The translations under genes were made by a program, and so were the position numbers. From assembly GCF_006345805.1 (NCBI RefSeq), contig NC_043019.1:4711360-4775359 (forward strand): a stretch of 64,000 bases of DNA. Direction: 5' to 3'. The notes under the pieces are model-generated. The model was not told where the DNA came from. It searched no databases and saw only the letters and a list, made by a program, of their open reading frames with translations. Positions within the stretch are counted from its first letter, which is position 1; the number at the start of each line of letters is the position of its first letter. Source of the stretch: Octopus sinensis (Eukaryota). Below are positions 25,626 to 39,075 of the stretch, in pieces.

Positions 25626-26227
25626 AAACTATATTTTAGAGTTACAAATTCAGTTTTATTAATCATACTTGTGTTTAACAAATTTGTGAATGACATGTTT
25701 TTCAAAACATTGAAGCATTAATTTCGATTCCCAAAAGCCTTAAATTGAAGAGTACCGACGCACGCTGATACCCTTTGTAAGGCACTGTTTTAGTTATTTT
25801 GTATAAAAGGGTCAGTGAGAAACCTTCTATGTGGTCGCTTGATCTGATAGAGACAGAAAACAAATCTCCTTCAAAATGCAGTTCCTGGTTACATTTTCCG
25901 ACCCTGTGTCCCCTTAAACTCACAAAACGAAGATGGAATATCTCGGCTGAAACGCTTTTGAATAAACTGATTTTGGACTAAACACATTTGACTTGATAAT
26001 ATGAAAGTAGAGCAAGGAATTTAAAATCATAACATATAGTTAATGTGTGTTACTGAACCCTACAAATAAGGTTAGTTCTTTTGTCAACTACGACATAAAT
26101 ATGTTATTCAAAAGGCGAAAGACGAGGAGACAACAGCCCCGTAGTGGGTGTGTGGGTATGTAAATAAATACATAAACTGTTTCATGATTAAAAAGGGATT
26201 TATTTACAGGGTTATAAGTACACTGTG

Positions 26228-26590
26228 TAGGCGCAATGGCCCAGTGGTTAGGGCAGCGGACTCGCGGTCATAGGATCGCGGTTTCGATTCCCAGACCGGG
26301 TGTTGTGAGTGTTTATTGAGCGAAAACACCTAAAAAAGCTCCACGAGGCTCCGGCAGGGGATGGTGGTGATCCCTGCTGTACTCTTTCACCACAACTTTC
26401 TCTCACTCTTACTTCCTGTTTCTGTTGTACCTGTATTTCAAAGGGCCGGCCTTGACACACTCTGTGTCACGCTGAATATCCCCCGAGAACTACGTTAAGG
26501 GTACACGTGTCTTGGAGTGCTCAGCCACTTACACGTTAATTTCACGAGCAGGCTGTTCCGTTGATTCGGATCAACTGGAACCCTCATCGT
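26228..26590 (+). mobile_element. SINE family C with tail type 3
   Basis: Tail shared with 60870-61248. Confidence 0.9.
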
Positions 26591-27374
26591 CGTAACCGAC
26601 GGAGTTCTTCCCTAATATTTGAGACAGCTAGAAAAACAGACATATCGCAATAGAGACAATGCTTATTTAGGTCAGCATTTGTCCATTTGAACTCAGCCTG
26701 ACATGGCTGAAGGTCGCAGGTCAAAGGGAGATGATCAATCACCTTTTGACAGAACAAAAGGGTTCTTGAATTTCGCGCCTTTAATTGCATTGGTTTGGAC
26801 GACCGATGATTCTTGGATTCGATTTCGAATCTAGGCTTAGAGAAGGAAGTGCTAATTCTTAAAGCCCGTTGAGACAAGCGATGTAAATTCCTCTAGACAG
26901 CTTTGCAGCTCTGTGGTCTGTGATTGAATTTGCCAGTCTTTTATAGCTGCTAACCATCCTTCTAGAATCTTCGGCCAAATTGTGTGGCAGGTAAAACGAG
27001 CACGCATCCTTTGTAGATGCCGCCTCAGCAGCCAAAATAACTCTTTTCCTTTCATGGAGGTATGAGTTCGTGGTTCTAGACTGAGAAAATCCGAGAGCTA
27101 TGGATCAAATCCCATCCAGGCTCCCGATACACGCACATGAACAACGCGAACCTATACATCTTCCTTCAACATATAATACTGCATCAAGTTTTGGAATTTC
27201 TTTACTCTATAGATGCAGGAGTGGCTGTATGGTAAGTAACTTGCTTACCAACCACATGGTTCCGGGTTCAGTCCCACTGCGTGGTACCTTGGGCAAGTGT
27301 CTTCTACTATAGCCTGGGGGCCTACCAAAGCCTTGTGAGTGGATTTGGTAGACGGAAACTGAAGGAAGCCCGTC

Positions 27375-27416
<42 letters not shown>

Positions 27417-27426
27417 TATATATATA

Positions 27427-28667
27427 CAGTTGCGGCCAAAATGTTCAGAACGGCATTGTTTTCGTCAGAAAAGTAGATATAAGTTTTTATCAAAGTTGTT
27501 TTATATTCTATAATTTTACAGACAATAAATACAATATTAATTGTTATTGTCTGAGATTTTGGTGCAATTTGAGAGGATAATAGAAAAGTTATGGATGATT
27601 TAGTGATTTACTGCAAAATCCATGGCGGCCAAAATGATCAGAACGGTTGAAAAAATGACAAAATAATCAAAAATGACAGAGAATACTGGAATTATTTAAT
27701 ATTTAGTGTGAAGCCCTTTAGCTTCAATCACACTCTGACATCTTCGACTGCATGAGGAAATTAAATTTTCAATTTCTTGCCGGGTGATCTTATTCCATTC
27801 TTCCTGAAGGGCATTCCATAATTGCTTAGTTGTTTTAGGATTTCTGGCTTTCGAACGTTCTCCTAGAATATTCCACACATTTTCAATAGGATTGAGATCT
27901 GGGCTTTGAGCTGGCCAATCCATAACAATAACCTTTTCAGCCTTGAGGAAGTTCATGACCACCTTAGCCTTGTGACATGGGGCATTGTCCTGCATGAATA
28001 TGGGTGGTCGCTTAGTTGAATTTCTAGCACAGGCAAGACATGATCTTTTACAAGTTGTTTATAAACTCCTGCATTTAACTTTCCATGTAATCGCACCAAA
28101 GGGCCCACACCATCTCCAGATATCATCCTCCAAACCATGACACTTCCTCCACCGAATTTAACACTAGTCTTAAGGCATTTAGGCAACAATCTTTCACCTA
28201 CTTTTCTACGGACGTACCTTTTCCCTACCGTGTACAACACTTTTTGACTTGTAAACAATCCTTGCAATAGATCCAATACTTAAATTATCCTTCCTTCGAA
28301 GCTTAATAATCTGCTGACGAATTGGTAACGGAGTAAGTGGCATTATATTAACAAAGTACACTGAAAATATTCTTACTAATGTTTAGTAAACGAACCGTCA
28401 CGTAAACAAATTCAAAACATTAGAGTTCGCCGGTTAAATATACTAAAACACGGAGTAAAAGCAACTGTTCTGATCATTTTGGCCGCCATGGGTTTTGCAG
28501 TAAATCACTAAATCATCCATAACTTTTGTATTATCCCCTCAAATTACAACAAATAATATCGTATTTATTGTCTGTGAAAATTATAGAATATAAAACAACT
28601 TTGATAAAAACTTATACTTACTTTTCTGACGAAAACAATGCCGTTCTGAACATTTTGGCCGCAACTG
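27427..28667 (-). mobile_element. Tc1 element of IR/DR type, internally deleted, 1241 bp
   Basis: Long TIRs starting CAGTTGCGGCCAAAATG with inner repeats GCGGCCAAAATGATCAGAAC; TA target. Confidence 0.93.
27696..28276 (-). pseudogene. Tc1 DD34E transposase C-terminal half, frameshifted
   Basis: Motifs VKFGGGSVMVW, QDNAPCH, WPAQSPDLNPIENVW. Confidence 0.93.
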
Positions 28668-28689
28668 TATATGTATGTATGTGTGTGTT

Positions 28690-28753
<64 letters not shown>

Positions 28754-29164
28754 TGTGTGTGTGTATGTGTGTGTATGCTTGTGTGTCTGTGTTTGTCCCC
28801 TGACATCGCTTGACAAAGGCGGTGCTCCAGCATGGCCGCAGTCAAATGACTGAAACAAGTGAAAGAGAGAGAATACTGGGAAGGTTTTATCGTGACACAT
28901 CAGCCGACGAAATGTGTACAGTACCAGTCTACAATACAAAACACATACACGATGTATGTATGTATGTAGGGTCGATAGTGTGTGTATGTATTAGGCAGTG
29001 GACATTAGTGAAATACTTCGGATAATATAACAAAAGCCTAGAAAAACAACCGAATAGAAATTTTGGTATTCAGTTTGTTTTGTTTTGTTTTTTTTTTCAT
29101 TAGGGGAAACTACAAGAACAGTGCATGTAACACGGGGCATTTTTAGTCTTTCTTTTATTCTTTT

Positions 29165-29550
29165 ACGTGTTTCAATCATTTGACTGCGCCATGCTGGAGC
29201 ACCGCCTTTTAGTCGAGCAAATCGACCCTAGGACTTATTCTTTGTAAAAGCCTAGTACTTATTCTATCGATCACTTTTTTGCCGAAACGCTAATGTTACG
29301 GAGACATAAACACACCAGCATCGGTTGTCAAGCAATGCTAGGGGGACAAACACAAACCACACACATATATATATATACATATATACATATATACGACGGG
29401 CTTCTTTCAGTTTCAGAATCCACTCACAAGGCTTTGGTCGGCCCGAGGCTATTGTAGAAGGCACTTGCCCAAGGTGCCACGCAGTGGGACTGAACCCGGA
29501 ACCATGTGGTTGGTAAACAAGCTACTTACCACACAGCCACTCCTGCGCCT
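29165..29550 (-). mobile_element. SINE family A
   Basis: Full-length reverse copy. Confidence 0.9.
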
Positions 29551-29794
29551 ATATGCTGTCATTTATAAAAATAATTTTGTAAAGAAAATACTGATTTCAC
29601 CTTTTGGCGCGAGGAAAAAATGCCGAGGATGGGTCAGTCGATTACATCGGCTCCAGTGATCAACTGGTACTTATTTTATCGACCCCGAAAGGATGAACAC
29701 ATACCTCTGCTTTTGATGAGTTGGATCTCATTTGGTTGAGGAATTCTTTAATAATTCTTATCTAGATTATTCTATCTCTTTTTTATATTATCTG

Positions 29795-30095
29795 TGGAGG
29801 CGCAATGGCCCAGTGGTTAGAGCAGCGGACTCGCGGTCGGAGGATCGCGGTTTTGATTCCCAGACCGGGCGTTGTGTGTGTTTATTGAGCGAAAACACCT
29901 AAAAGCTCCACGAGGCACTAACAGCGGTTGGTGGCGACCCCTGTTGTACTCTTTCGCCCCAACTTTCTCTCGCTCTCTCTTCCTGTTTCTTGATTAACAC
30001 TGCGATGGACTGGCGTCCCGCCCAGCTGGGGGGAACACATATGCCACAGAAACCGGGAAACCGGGCCCATGAGCTTGGCTAGGCTTGAAAAGGGC
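29795..30095 (+). mobile_element. SINE family C with tail type 4
   Basis: Tail CTGCGATGGACTGGCGTCCCG, related to 38960-39075 and 49120-49205. Confidence 0.85.
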
Positions 30096-30384
30096 GACGT
30101 TTATCGTTTTTTTCCCCACTTTCTATTGTTCTCCCACTTTTGTTTTTACCCTGCTTCTCTTTTGCCTGTTATTTCCTTTTTTCTTTCCTTTTGGCTCATC
30201 CTCATTGTTATTCTTAGATGGCAAACCGACAGAATTGTTTGTGTGTTGTTCTATTTTGAAATTTCGCCAAGGTCAGTTTTGCCTTTCATCCTTTCGAGGT
30301 CAAAAAATAAGTACCAGTCAAGTGCTGGGGTTGATGTAATCAACTAAGCCTCTCCACTTAAAATAGCTGGCCTTCTGCCTAACT

Positions 30385-30455
<71 letters not shown>

Positions 30456-30587
30456 CAACAACAACAATAATAATAATAATATGATCAGAAATATTAAATT
30501 TCTAAATATCTCATAGAGATATGTACGGTGGTGGGGCGATATAGTGGTTGTATACTGTCAACTTAACGTGACAGTACGGGAATTACA

Positions 30588-30791
30588 CCACCGCTGTTTA
30601 GCCCTAGGAAGCATCGACGCCTCCTGTCGGCTTCGAAACATTTCCTGTGTCCTTATATATTTACAAAGGGGAGACGAATACCCCCAACAGCTAGGGGGTA
30701 TTTGTCTCCCCTTCGTAAATATATAAGGACACAGGAAATGTGTCGAGGCCGACAGGAAGCGTCGATGCTTCCTAGGGCTAAACAGCAGTGG
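30588..30791. repeat. Fold-back palindrome with 98-bp arms and an 8-nt loop
   Basis: 30588-30685 versus 30694-30791, a few mismatches. Confidence 0.92.
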
Positions 30792-31159
30792 AATAATAAT
30801 ATGGCAAGCTGGCAAAATTGTTAATGTGTCAGACAAAATGCTTTGCGGTATTTTATCTGATTCGTTAGGCTCTAAGTCGACCATGGCGGAATTTGAACTT
30901 AGAACGCGAAGACAGAAGAAATGCCGGTAAGCATTTTGCCTTTCGCCCCTAACGATTCTGCCAGCTCGCCGCCTCATTTTGTGAAGGAAATATTAGCCGG
31001 TATGTTGTAGCTTATTCAAGCCGTTTCATAAAAAACAATCGTTATAAATATATAAGCCTTGGAAAATGCTTGTTACCATCGCAACTGTTGAATAATATTC
31101 CTTGATTGTCAGTAATCCATAGCTCGCTCGTTAACACTATCATTGACGTCATCATTACG

Positions 31160-31460
31160 AGTAGTTACTTCCTCCTCTTCCTCCTCCTCATCCTCCTCCT
31201 CCTCCGCCTCTTCATCCCCCGCTTCCTCCTCCTCCTCCTCCTCCTCCTCCTCCCCTCCTCTTCATTCTCCTCCTCCTCTTCAGTCTCCTCTTCATCTTCA
31301 TTCTTCTCTTCATCTTCATTCTTCTCTTCATCTTCATTCTTCTCTTCATCTTCATTCTCCTCTTCATCTTCATCCTCCTCCTCTTCATCCCCCCTTCATC
31401 CTCCTCCTCTTCATCCTCCTCCTAAACCACCACCATCATCATCATCATCATCATCATCCA
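31160..31460. repeat. (CTC/CTT/CAT)n tract with an internal 18-bp period
   Basis: CTCTTCATCTTCATTCTT repeated about 4 times. Confidence 0.9.
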
Positions 31461-31704
31461 AGGCGTCATCTTCAGCACCACCCAGAGCACTCGAAAGCCA
31501 ATTGTTTTAAAGAAGATTTAACAATTATCCTAAGACATGTCACAGACAAAGAAAACGCTCACCCACCTCATACACTCTTCTTCAACGTTTCCTCCCCCAT
31601 TAATCATCATCCAGTCGCTTTGAATTCTTCTTTTATTTACTTTAAGTACTTCGTTAATAAAAAAGAAACATGAAGTAGCTGCTGATGTTGCTGCTGTTGC
31701 TGTT

Positions 31705-32066
31705 GAGCGAACGGTCTTCGTCCCAGAGCTCGCAAGATGAAGTCCGAAACGTGGTCCTTTGCTATTCGTAAGACCGCAGAAGAGGAAGCAGGTCAACCCC
31801 CGACACCGAGAGCATCGACGGATGGATGAATGCGCATCCAGGCTCAGCGGTTGCGTAGGAAGTCGGGGGCAAGAAACAGGAAGAAAGAGTGAGAGAAAGT
31901 TGGAGCGAAAGAGTACAACAGGGGTCGCCACCCGCCTCCCTGCCGGAGCCTCGTGGAGCTTTAGGTGTTTTCGCTCAATAAACACACACAACGCCCGGTC
32001 TGGGAATCGAAACCGCGATCCTCCGACCGCGAGTCCGCTGCCCTAACCACTGGGCCATTGCGCCTC
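31705..32066 (-). mobile_element. SINE family C with tail type 2
   Basis: Matches 20425-20785. Confidence 0.9.
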
Positions 32067-32257
32067 CTGAAGTAGCTGCTGGATACTGGGTTATAACTCA
32101 TTTGGAATAACTACAATGGCAGTTTTAATCTCATCGAAAGTTTTAACGACAGTTTACGTTAGGCTTGTGTAAACGAAACATCATAAACAAGCAGAGACTT
32201 GTTTTCGATGATTCTCTGATCTTGACTTCCATGTCTTTTGTTCCTAACGTTTGCAAA

Positions 32258-32795
32258 GGAAAGTTTGTGCTGATTTTTAAAGGAAAGAAAATGGTCAATA
32301 AATACTTGCCATTACATTTTTAATCATCCAAATATGAACCATTTTGTTGCACAATGCGTCTCCATCTTTCCTTTAACTTGAAAATACCCTCTTCCCAGAA
32401 ATGAAGGGGTTTCATGGCAAAGAATTCATCAAGGTATCTTTTTATGTCATCCAAGGAATTGAAATTTTTACCATTAAGACTATTCTGCAGAGACCTAAAT
32501 AAGTGGAAATTCGAAGGAGCAATATCTGGTGAATATGGAGGGTGGGGTAACACATCCCAGCCGAGCTGCAGCAATTTTTGTCTGGTTCCCAAAGCATCAA
32601 GTGCCGAAAATGAACTTTCTTATCTTCCATTTTAAAGGGCTACAGAATTAACACAGGTTATAGGAATGTAAACCTTCTTTCAGGAAAAGATAGCTTAAAC
32701 TGTGCTCTAAATAGAGGTGTAGTCAAATCCTATTTTATGGACTCGACCATGTTCTAAAACAAGTCGAAAGGTAAGCTACTTTCTGGACAACCCAA
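32258..32795 (-). mobile_element. Internally deleted mariner derivative
   Basis: TIR TTGGGTTGTCCAGAAAG, TA target; encodes LGWDVLPHPPYSPDIAPS...WRRIVQQNGSY. Confidence 0.9.
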
Positions 32796-32821
32796 TATCT
32801 TTATCCATCCGTCCATCCGTC

Positions 32822-33256
32822 CAAAAGATATGCGGCCCATATGACATCGGGACAGTATTCAAAAGTAAAACAACACTTCGTAAATATCTTCTTCGAGTAA
32901 AACCACCAATAGAAGAGAATATGACCAAAGACTGCGTGTACTCCATCCCATGCAGCTGTGGCAGGTCATACAAAGGCTTCCCCCTCAAAATAAGGGTAGA
33001 GGAACATCATAAAGCTGTGACATGAGGAGATATTGATAAATCGGGTACAGCTGATCATGTATGGAAAAATGGAGACCACCTCCCCCTATGGGATGTAGTT
33101 AAAATAATAGACAGAAAACACCACTGGAAAATACGTGAACTAAAAGAAGCAGTACATATGCTAGGACACAACAACCTCCTAAGCAGACCGAGTGCAGATA
33201 TGAGTAGCATATGGGAACTGGTATTAAAGGAGGATAGAAAAATATTAGATTTATAA
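32822..33256 (+). pseudogene. Penelope-type GIY-YIG endonuclease with one in-frame stop and a short deletion
   Basis: Hand translation KDCVYSIPCSCGRSYKG.PLKIRVEEH...*GDIDKSGTADHVW...WDVVKIIDRKHHWKIRELKEAVHM...SSIWELVL; TGA at 33023. Confidence 0.85.
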
Positions 33257-33346
33257 GCCTTAAAATTCACTCCATAATTGCCTAAGGGCATATGGCGTAG
33301 TGGTTAAGAGCACGGGCTACTAACCCCAAGATTCCGAGTTCAGTGA

Positions 33347-33381
<35 letters not shown>

Positions 33382-33505
33382 TCGAAAGAAGAAGGCTGGA
33401 GAGTGTATCAGTTGAAACGTTGTGTTAAGAACAAACAAGATGAGGGCAAATATCCGTCAAATGTAAATAATAATCATAATTCCTCATCTCTTAAATATAG
33501 AACTG
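32823..33505 (+). mobile_element. 5'-truncated Penelope-like element
   Basis: GIY-YIG ORF remnant plus tail; 19-bp direct repeat TCCATCCGTCCATCCGTCC at 32804-32822 and 33506-33524. Confidence 0.85.
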
Positions 33506-33788
33506 TCCATCCGTCCATCCGTCCGTTTCTTCCTCCTGTCTTTCTTCTTTCTCTTATGTATGATGATTCAGCTTGAATGTTTTTAGTTCCACTTAAAGAC
33601 CAAGGTGTATGACCCGTTTCCGTAGGACATACACATTTGAACAAGAGCAAAACAAGTTTTAGCGTAGGTTTAGAGAAGACAAGTTCACTCCGGTTCTATG
33701 TACAACAACACTTCATGGACACATCATCAAAGTCAAACAGGTTTCAACCATGCTTCTTATGCAAGATAAACAGCCATCACTTTTTTGG

Positions 33789-34207
33789 GGATCTTTTCGG
33801 TTTGAACGGCAGTTTTTAACATAATTTCTAGGTAACTAAAAAATTTTAAACTTCGTATACTGGTAGAATGTGTTTATAAAACATCTTTTTCTCTTGGCTT
33901 TATTGAGAAAATTCTATAGTTTGTAAGATATTTGTTGTTTTTTTTTCTTCAATTTCTGCAATTTCAACCTATCAATGATGTCTATTGAGGTAAAAAAAAC
34001 ATTCTGTGCCGTATGAATATGTCCCTCGTTTAAGAAACATTGGGTTTATTTACATTTATGAAGAAAAAAAGATACCCTTCCCCCCACCTCTAACCCTAAC
34101 CCTAAAACAGATTGAAATGCAATAGATCGATACTAGGGTCATAATTATGGGTGACAATTTCATATGACACTGCTAGAAAAAACTGCCGTTCAAACCGAAA
34201 AGATCGC
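33789..34207 (+). mobile_element. Merlin-like MITE with TAACCC repeats
   Basis: TIRs as at 22333; 8-bp TSD TTTTTTGG. Confidence 0.85.
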
Positions 34208-34424
34208 TTTTTTGGCAATGAGCTATGATAAGTTAGTGGAAATCTATTTCTTTACCATCAAGTTCTTTATATAATTCTGGGAGACCTTTTCGTCTTCTTT
34301 TGACAAAATAATTTCTTGTTACAAATCAAGGGTACCATTCACTATTCACCACATATCTTTGCTTACAAGTATTAGACACCTATTTGTTGATTTTATTTTC
34401 AAATTTTGGGCATTTACAACTATC

Positions 34425-34851
34425 GGATCTTTTCGGTTTGAACGGCAGTTTTTTCTAGCGGTGTCATATGAAATTGTCACCCATAATTATGACCCTAGTA
34501 TCGATCTATTGCATTTCAATCTGTTTTAGGGTTAGGGTTAGGGTTAGAGGTGGGGGGAAGGGTGTCTTTTTTTCTTAACAACTGTAAATAAACCCAGTCT
34601 GTTTCTTAAACGAGGGACATATTCATACGGCACAGAATGTTTTTTTACCTCAACAGACGTCAGTGATTGGTTGAAATTGCAGAAATTGAAGAAAAAAACC
34701 CAACAAATATCTTACAAACTATAGAATTTTCTCAATAAAGCCAAGAGAAAAAGATGTTTTATAAACACATTCTACCAGTATACGAAGTTTAAAAGTGTTT
34801 AGTTACGTGGAAATTATTTTTAAAAAACTGCCGTTCAAACCGAAAAGATCC
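34425..34851 (-). mobile_element. Merlin-like MITE, inverted copy
   Basis: TIRs; 8-bp TSD CAACTATC; TTAGGG repeats at about 34527-34546. Confidence 0.88.
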
Positions 34852-35009
34852 CAACTATCTTCTACGACTCGTGCATTTATTTGTATCACGGCATTTCCTT
34901 TAAAGTCTTTTCAGTTTTTCTCCAAGCACAGACTCTGCTCTGTATTTCCAAACTTATTTTGTACAGCCTGTACGTTTACAAGTTGTTTTCCCCAGCAACA
35001 ACAACAGTG

Positions 35010-35205
35010 TGGAGGCGCAATGGCCTAGTGGTTAGGGCAGCGGACTCGCGGTCGTAAGAACGCGGTTTCGATTCCCAGACCGGACATTGTGAGTGTTTAT
35101 TGAGCAAAAACACCTAAGCTCCACAAGGCTCCTGCGGGGGTGGTGGTGAAATCCGCTGTACTATTTAACCACAACTTTCTCTCACTCTTTCTTCCTACTT
35201 CTGCC
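35010..35205 (+). mobile_element. SINE family C head and body
   Basis: GGAGGCGCAATGGCCTAGTGG head. Confidence 0.85.
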
Positions 35206-35850
35206 ACAAAGCAGAGGAACCATGGTGTAACCCACTATGGTGTGGTAAACTTTCAGACCCTAGTCTAAATTGCGAATCCTCTATACCCCAGGATGGTTCA
35301 GCTCTCCACCCGCTAAAATCCACCGTTTACGGAATGAGGATAACAACGTAGCTTTCGCGCCCGTGCAACAACCGCCAGTCTATCGCGTGTGGTGGGTGGA
35401 TCTTCAAGTTGCCACACGCATTCTTAGTAGCTTAGAATAGGGTCGAATCAGAGATTATTCTTTGTGGCTAATGGCGTGAGTCCTGATTGGAAGAAGAAGA
35501 AGAAGAAGAAGAAGAAGACAACAATTGCTGCAGCAGAAACAATTACTTATAGTTCAAGCTTTGCCGTAAACTCCTTCAATTATTCACCGACATATTGAGG
35601 AGCAATACGTAAAAGAGTTCTTAAATGTTTAAAAACAACAGTAGAAGGAACGTCGCTATATTAATAATTACACTACTAGTGAAAGAAAGTGGATATAAAC
35701 ACAATTAGGTTAATGAATAATTAACATAGTAAGTAATTAACATAAGTGCATACTTTTTATGCAAATAGATGGCGCACGTGCATCTCTAGAGCCAATCAGA
35801 AGTGTTTGTATGCGGTACTGTAAGCAATAATGCGTGCCTGCTCGCGATAT

Positions 35851-36920
<1,070 letters not shown>

Positions 36921-37113
36921 TCGTCTTTGTGTTAGTCTCTCATTGATTGACAAGAGATGTTGGTTTGATTACGTTCCCATGACTCACGGCTCGACTAAAA
37001 GACTTAAAATACTGAGATCGGTTTGTTCCACAATACTCTTCAAGGCGTCACCTTAGCATATAGTCGTACTTTAATTTCAGAAACAAGTTGAAAAGGAAAA
37101 ACAAAACGAATGT

Positions 37114-37181
<68 letters not shown>

Positions 37182-37439
37182 TATATATGACTGTTTGGAG
37201 AAACCGGTATTGTCCCAATTGTCACATTGTTGTTCCAAATATAGAAAGCAACACAATCGGCCAAATACTTTACAGTTATTAACGGTTTGCATGGAACAAT
37301 ACCGTTTTTAATGAGTGTTTTGTGTGAATCTTGTTTGTGAATCACTGCAGTTGATTCGTCAACGCCGAGTCTATTGAGTGATGGTTCATTCCCCACACAC
37401 GTTGTAGTTGTATCTCACCTCGAGCCTCTAGGGCAAAAG

Positions 37440-37952
37440 AACGACAACGATGACGACGACGACGACGACGACGGCCACCACCACCACCACCATGATGATG
37501 ATGATCATGATGATCATGATTAACATCGGCAGTAGTAAAAGTATCTCTCCATCGCGGTGATCCATCTCTATTACCACAACGACCGCCGCAAGTACTGTAA
37601 CCACCATCAAGACCACCACAACCACCACCACTACCACCAGCACCACCACCACCACCAGCACCAGCACCAGCACCAGCACCAGCACCACCAGCACCACCAC
37701 CAGCAGCAGCAGCAGCAGCACACCACCACCAGCACCACCACCACCACCACCACCAGCACCACTACAATCACCACCACCACCACCACCACCACCACCGCCA
37801 CCACCACCACCACCGCCACCACCACCACCACCACCACCGCCACCAGCAGCAGCAGCACCACCACCTCCACCTCCACCACCTCCACCACCACCACCACCAC
37901 CACCACCACCACCTCCACCACCTCTACCACCACCACCTCCACCACCACCACC
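37440..37952. repeat. (CAC/CAG/GAC)n trinucleotide tract
   Basis: Direct reading. Confidence 0.93.
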
Positions 37953-38250
37953 TATGTCTGTCCTTGTTTGTCCCCTCTGTGTTTAGCCCCTTGTGGGTAA
38001 TAAAGAAATAGGTATCCGTGTCACGGCGAGCTGGCAGAAACGTTAGCACGCCGGGCGAAATGCTTAGCGGTATTTCGTCTGCGTTACGTTGTGAGTTCAA
38101 ATTCTGCCGAGGTCGACTTTGCCTTTCATCATTTCGGGGTCGATAAATTAAGTACCAGTTACGCACTGGGGTCGATGTAATCGACTTAATCCCTTTGTCT
38201 GGCCTTGTTTGTCCCCTCTGTGTTTAACCTCTTTTGGGCGATAAAGAAAT
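37953..38250 (+). mobile_element. SINE family B (tail fragment plus monomer)
   Basis: Match to family B. Confidence 0.88.
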
Positions 38251-38799
38251 AGGTATACGTGTCACGTGCTTGTGTAAAGCTCAGTCGTTTAGACACGCTA
38301 ATTACCTGAGCAATGGAGGCGCATGGTTTAGTGGTTAGAGTGTTAGACTCATGGTCATGATTCGATTCCTGGACCGGGCGATGTACTGTATTCTTGAGCA
38401 AAACATTTCATTTCATGTTGCTCCACTCCAATCTGCTGCCAAAAATGAGAAACCCTGCGACGGGCCGGCATCCCATCTAGGTGGGGAATATATAGGCCAC
38501 AGAAACCAGACCCTATGCCCCTCACTGAGTAATGTGGTCTAACGAATTCAATGAGCAAGCGATTTATTTGATTGAGCAAACAATTTCCTGTCGTCAAAAT
38601 CGACGGATATTTATTGAAGAAGGAATTCTATATTTTCTTACTATATTATCTAGCATGGCCTAGTGGTTAGAGCAGCGGTCGAGGGATCGCGGGTTCGAAT
38701 CTCAGACCGGGCGGTGTGTGTGTTTATGAGCGAAACACCTAAGCTCCATTTAAAAAGGAATTCTATATTTTATTATTATATTATCTAGTGTGGCGGCAC

Positions 38800-39075
38800 A
38801 TGGGCTAGTGGTTAGAGCAGCGAACTCGCGGTCGAGGGGTCGCGGGTTCGATGTGTGTGTTTATGAGCGAAACACCTAAGCTCCATGCGACTCTGGCAGA
38901 AGGTAATGGCGAACTTCTGCTGACTCTTTCGCCACAACTTTCTCTGACTCTTTCCTCCTGCATCTTGCAGTTCACCTGCGACGGACCGGTGTCCCGTCCA
39001 GGTGGGGAACCTATACGCCAAGGAAACCGGGGAAACTGGCCCTTATGTGCCAGGCATGGCTCGAGAAGGAACAAT
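38800..39075 (+). mobile_element. SINE C-related element with a type 4 tail variant
   Basis: Head CTAGTGGTTAGAGCAGCG; head-only copy at about 38655-38750. Confidence 0.8.

Larger units (their letters stand above)
27215..28865 (+). mobile_element. SINE family A split by a Tc1 insertion
   Basis: Head and body at 27215-27385, tail at about 28790-28865. Confidence 0.85.

Noticed and set aside
26590-27060. Possible LINE coding fragment
   Set aside because: It is GC-richer and ORF-like, but I could not identify a diagnostic motif.
29795-29870. tRNA gene-like sequences at SINE heads
   Set aside because: A and B boxes are present but they run into SINE bodies and lack a proper acceptor stem.
31106-31673. 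Ser/His-rich ORFs
   Set aside because: Derived from a trinucleotide and 18-bp minisatellite tract.
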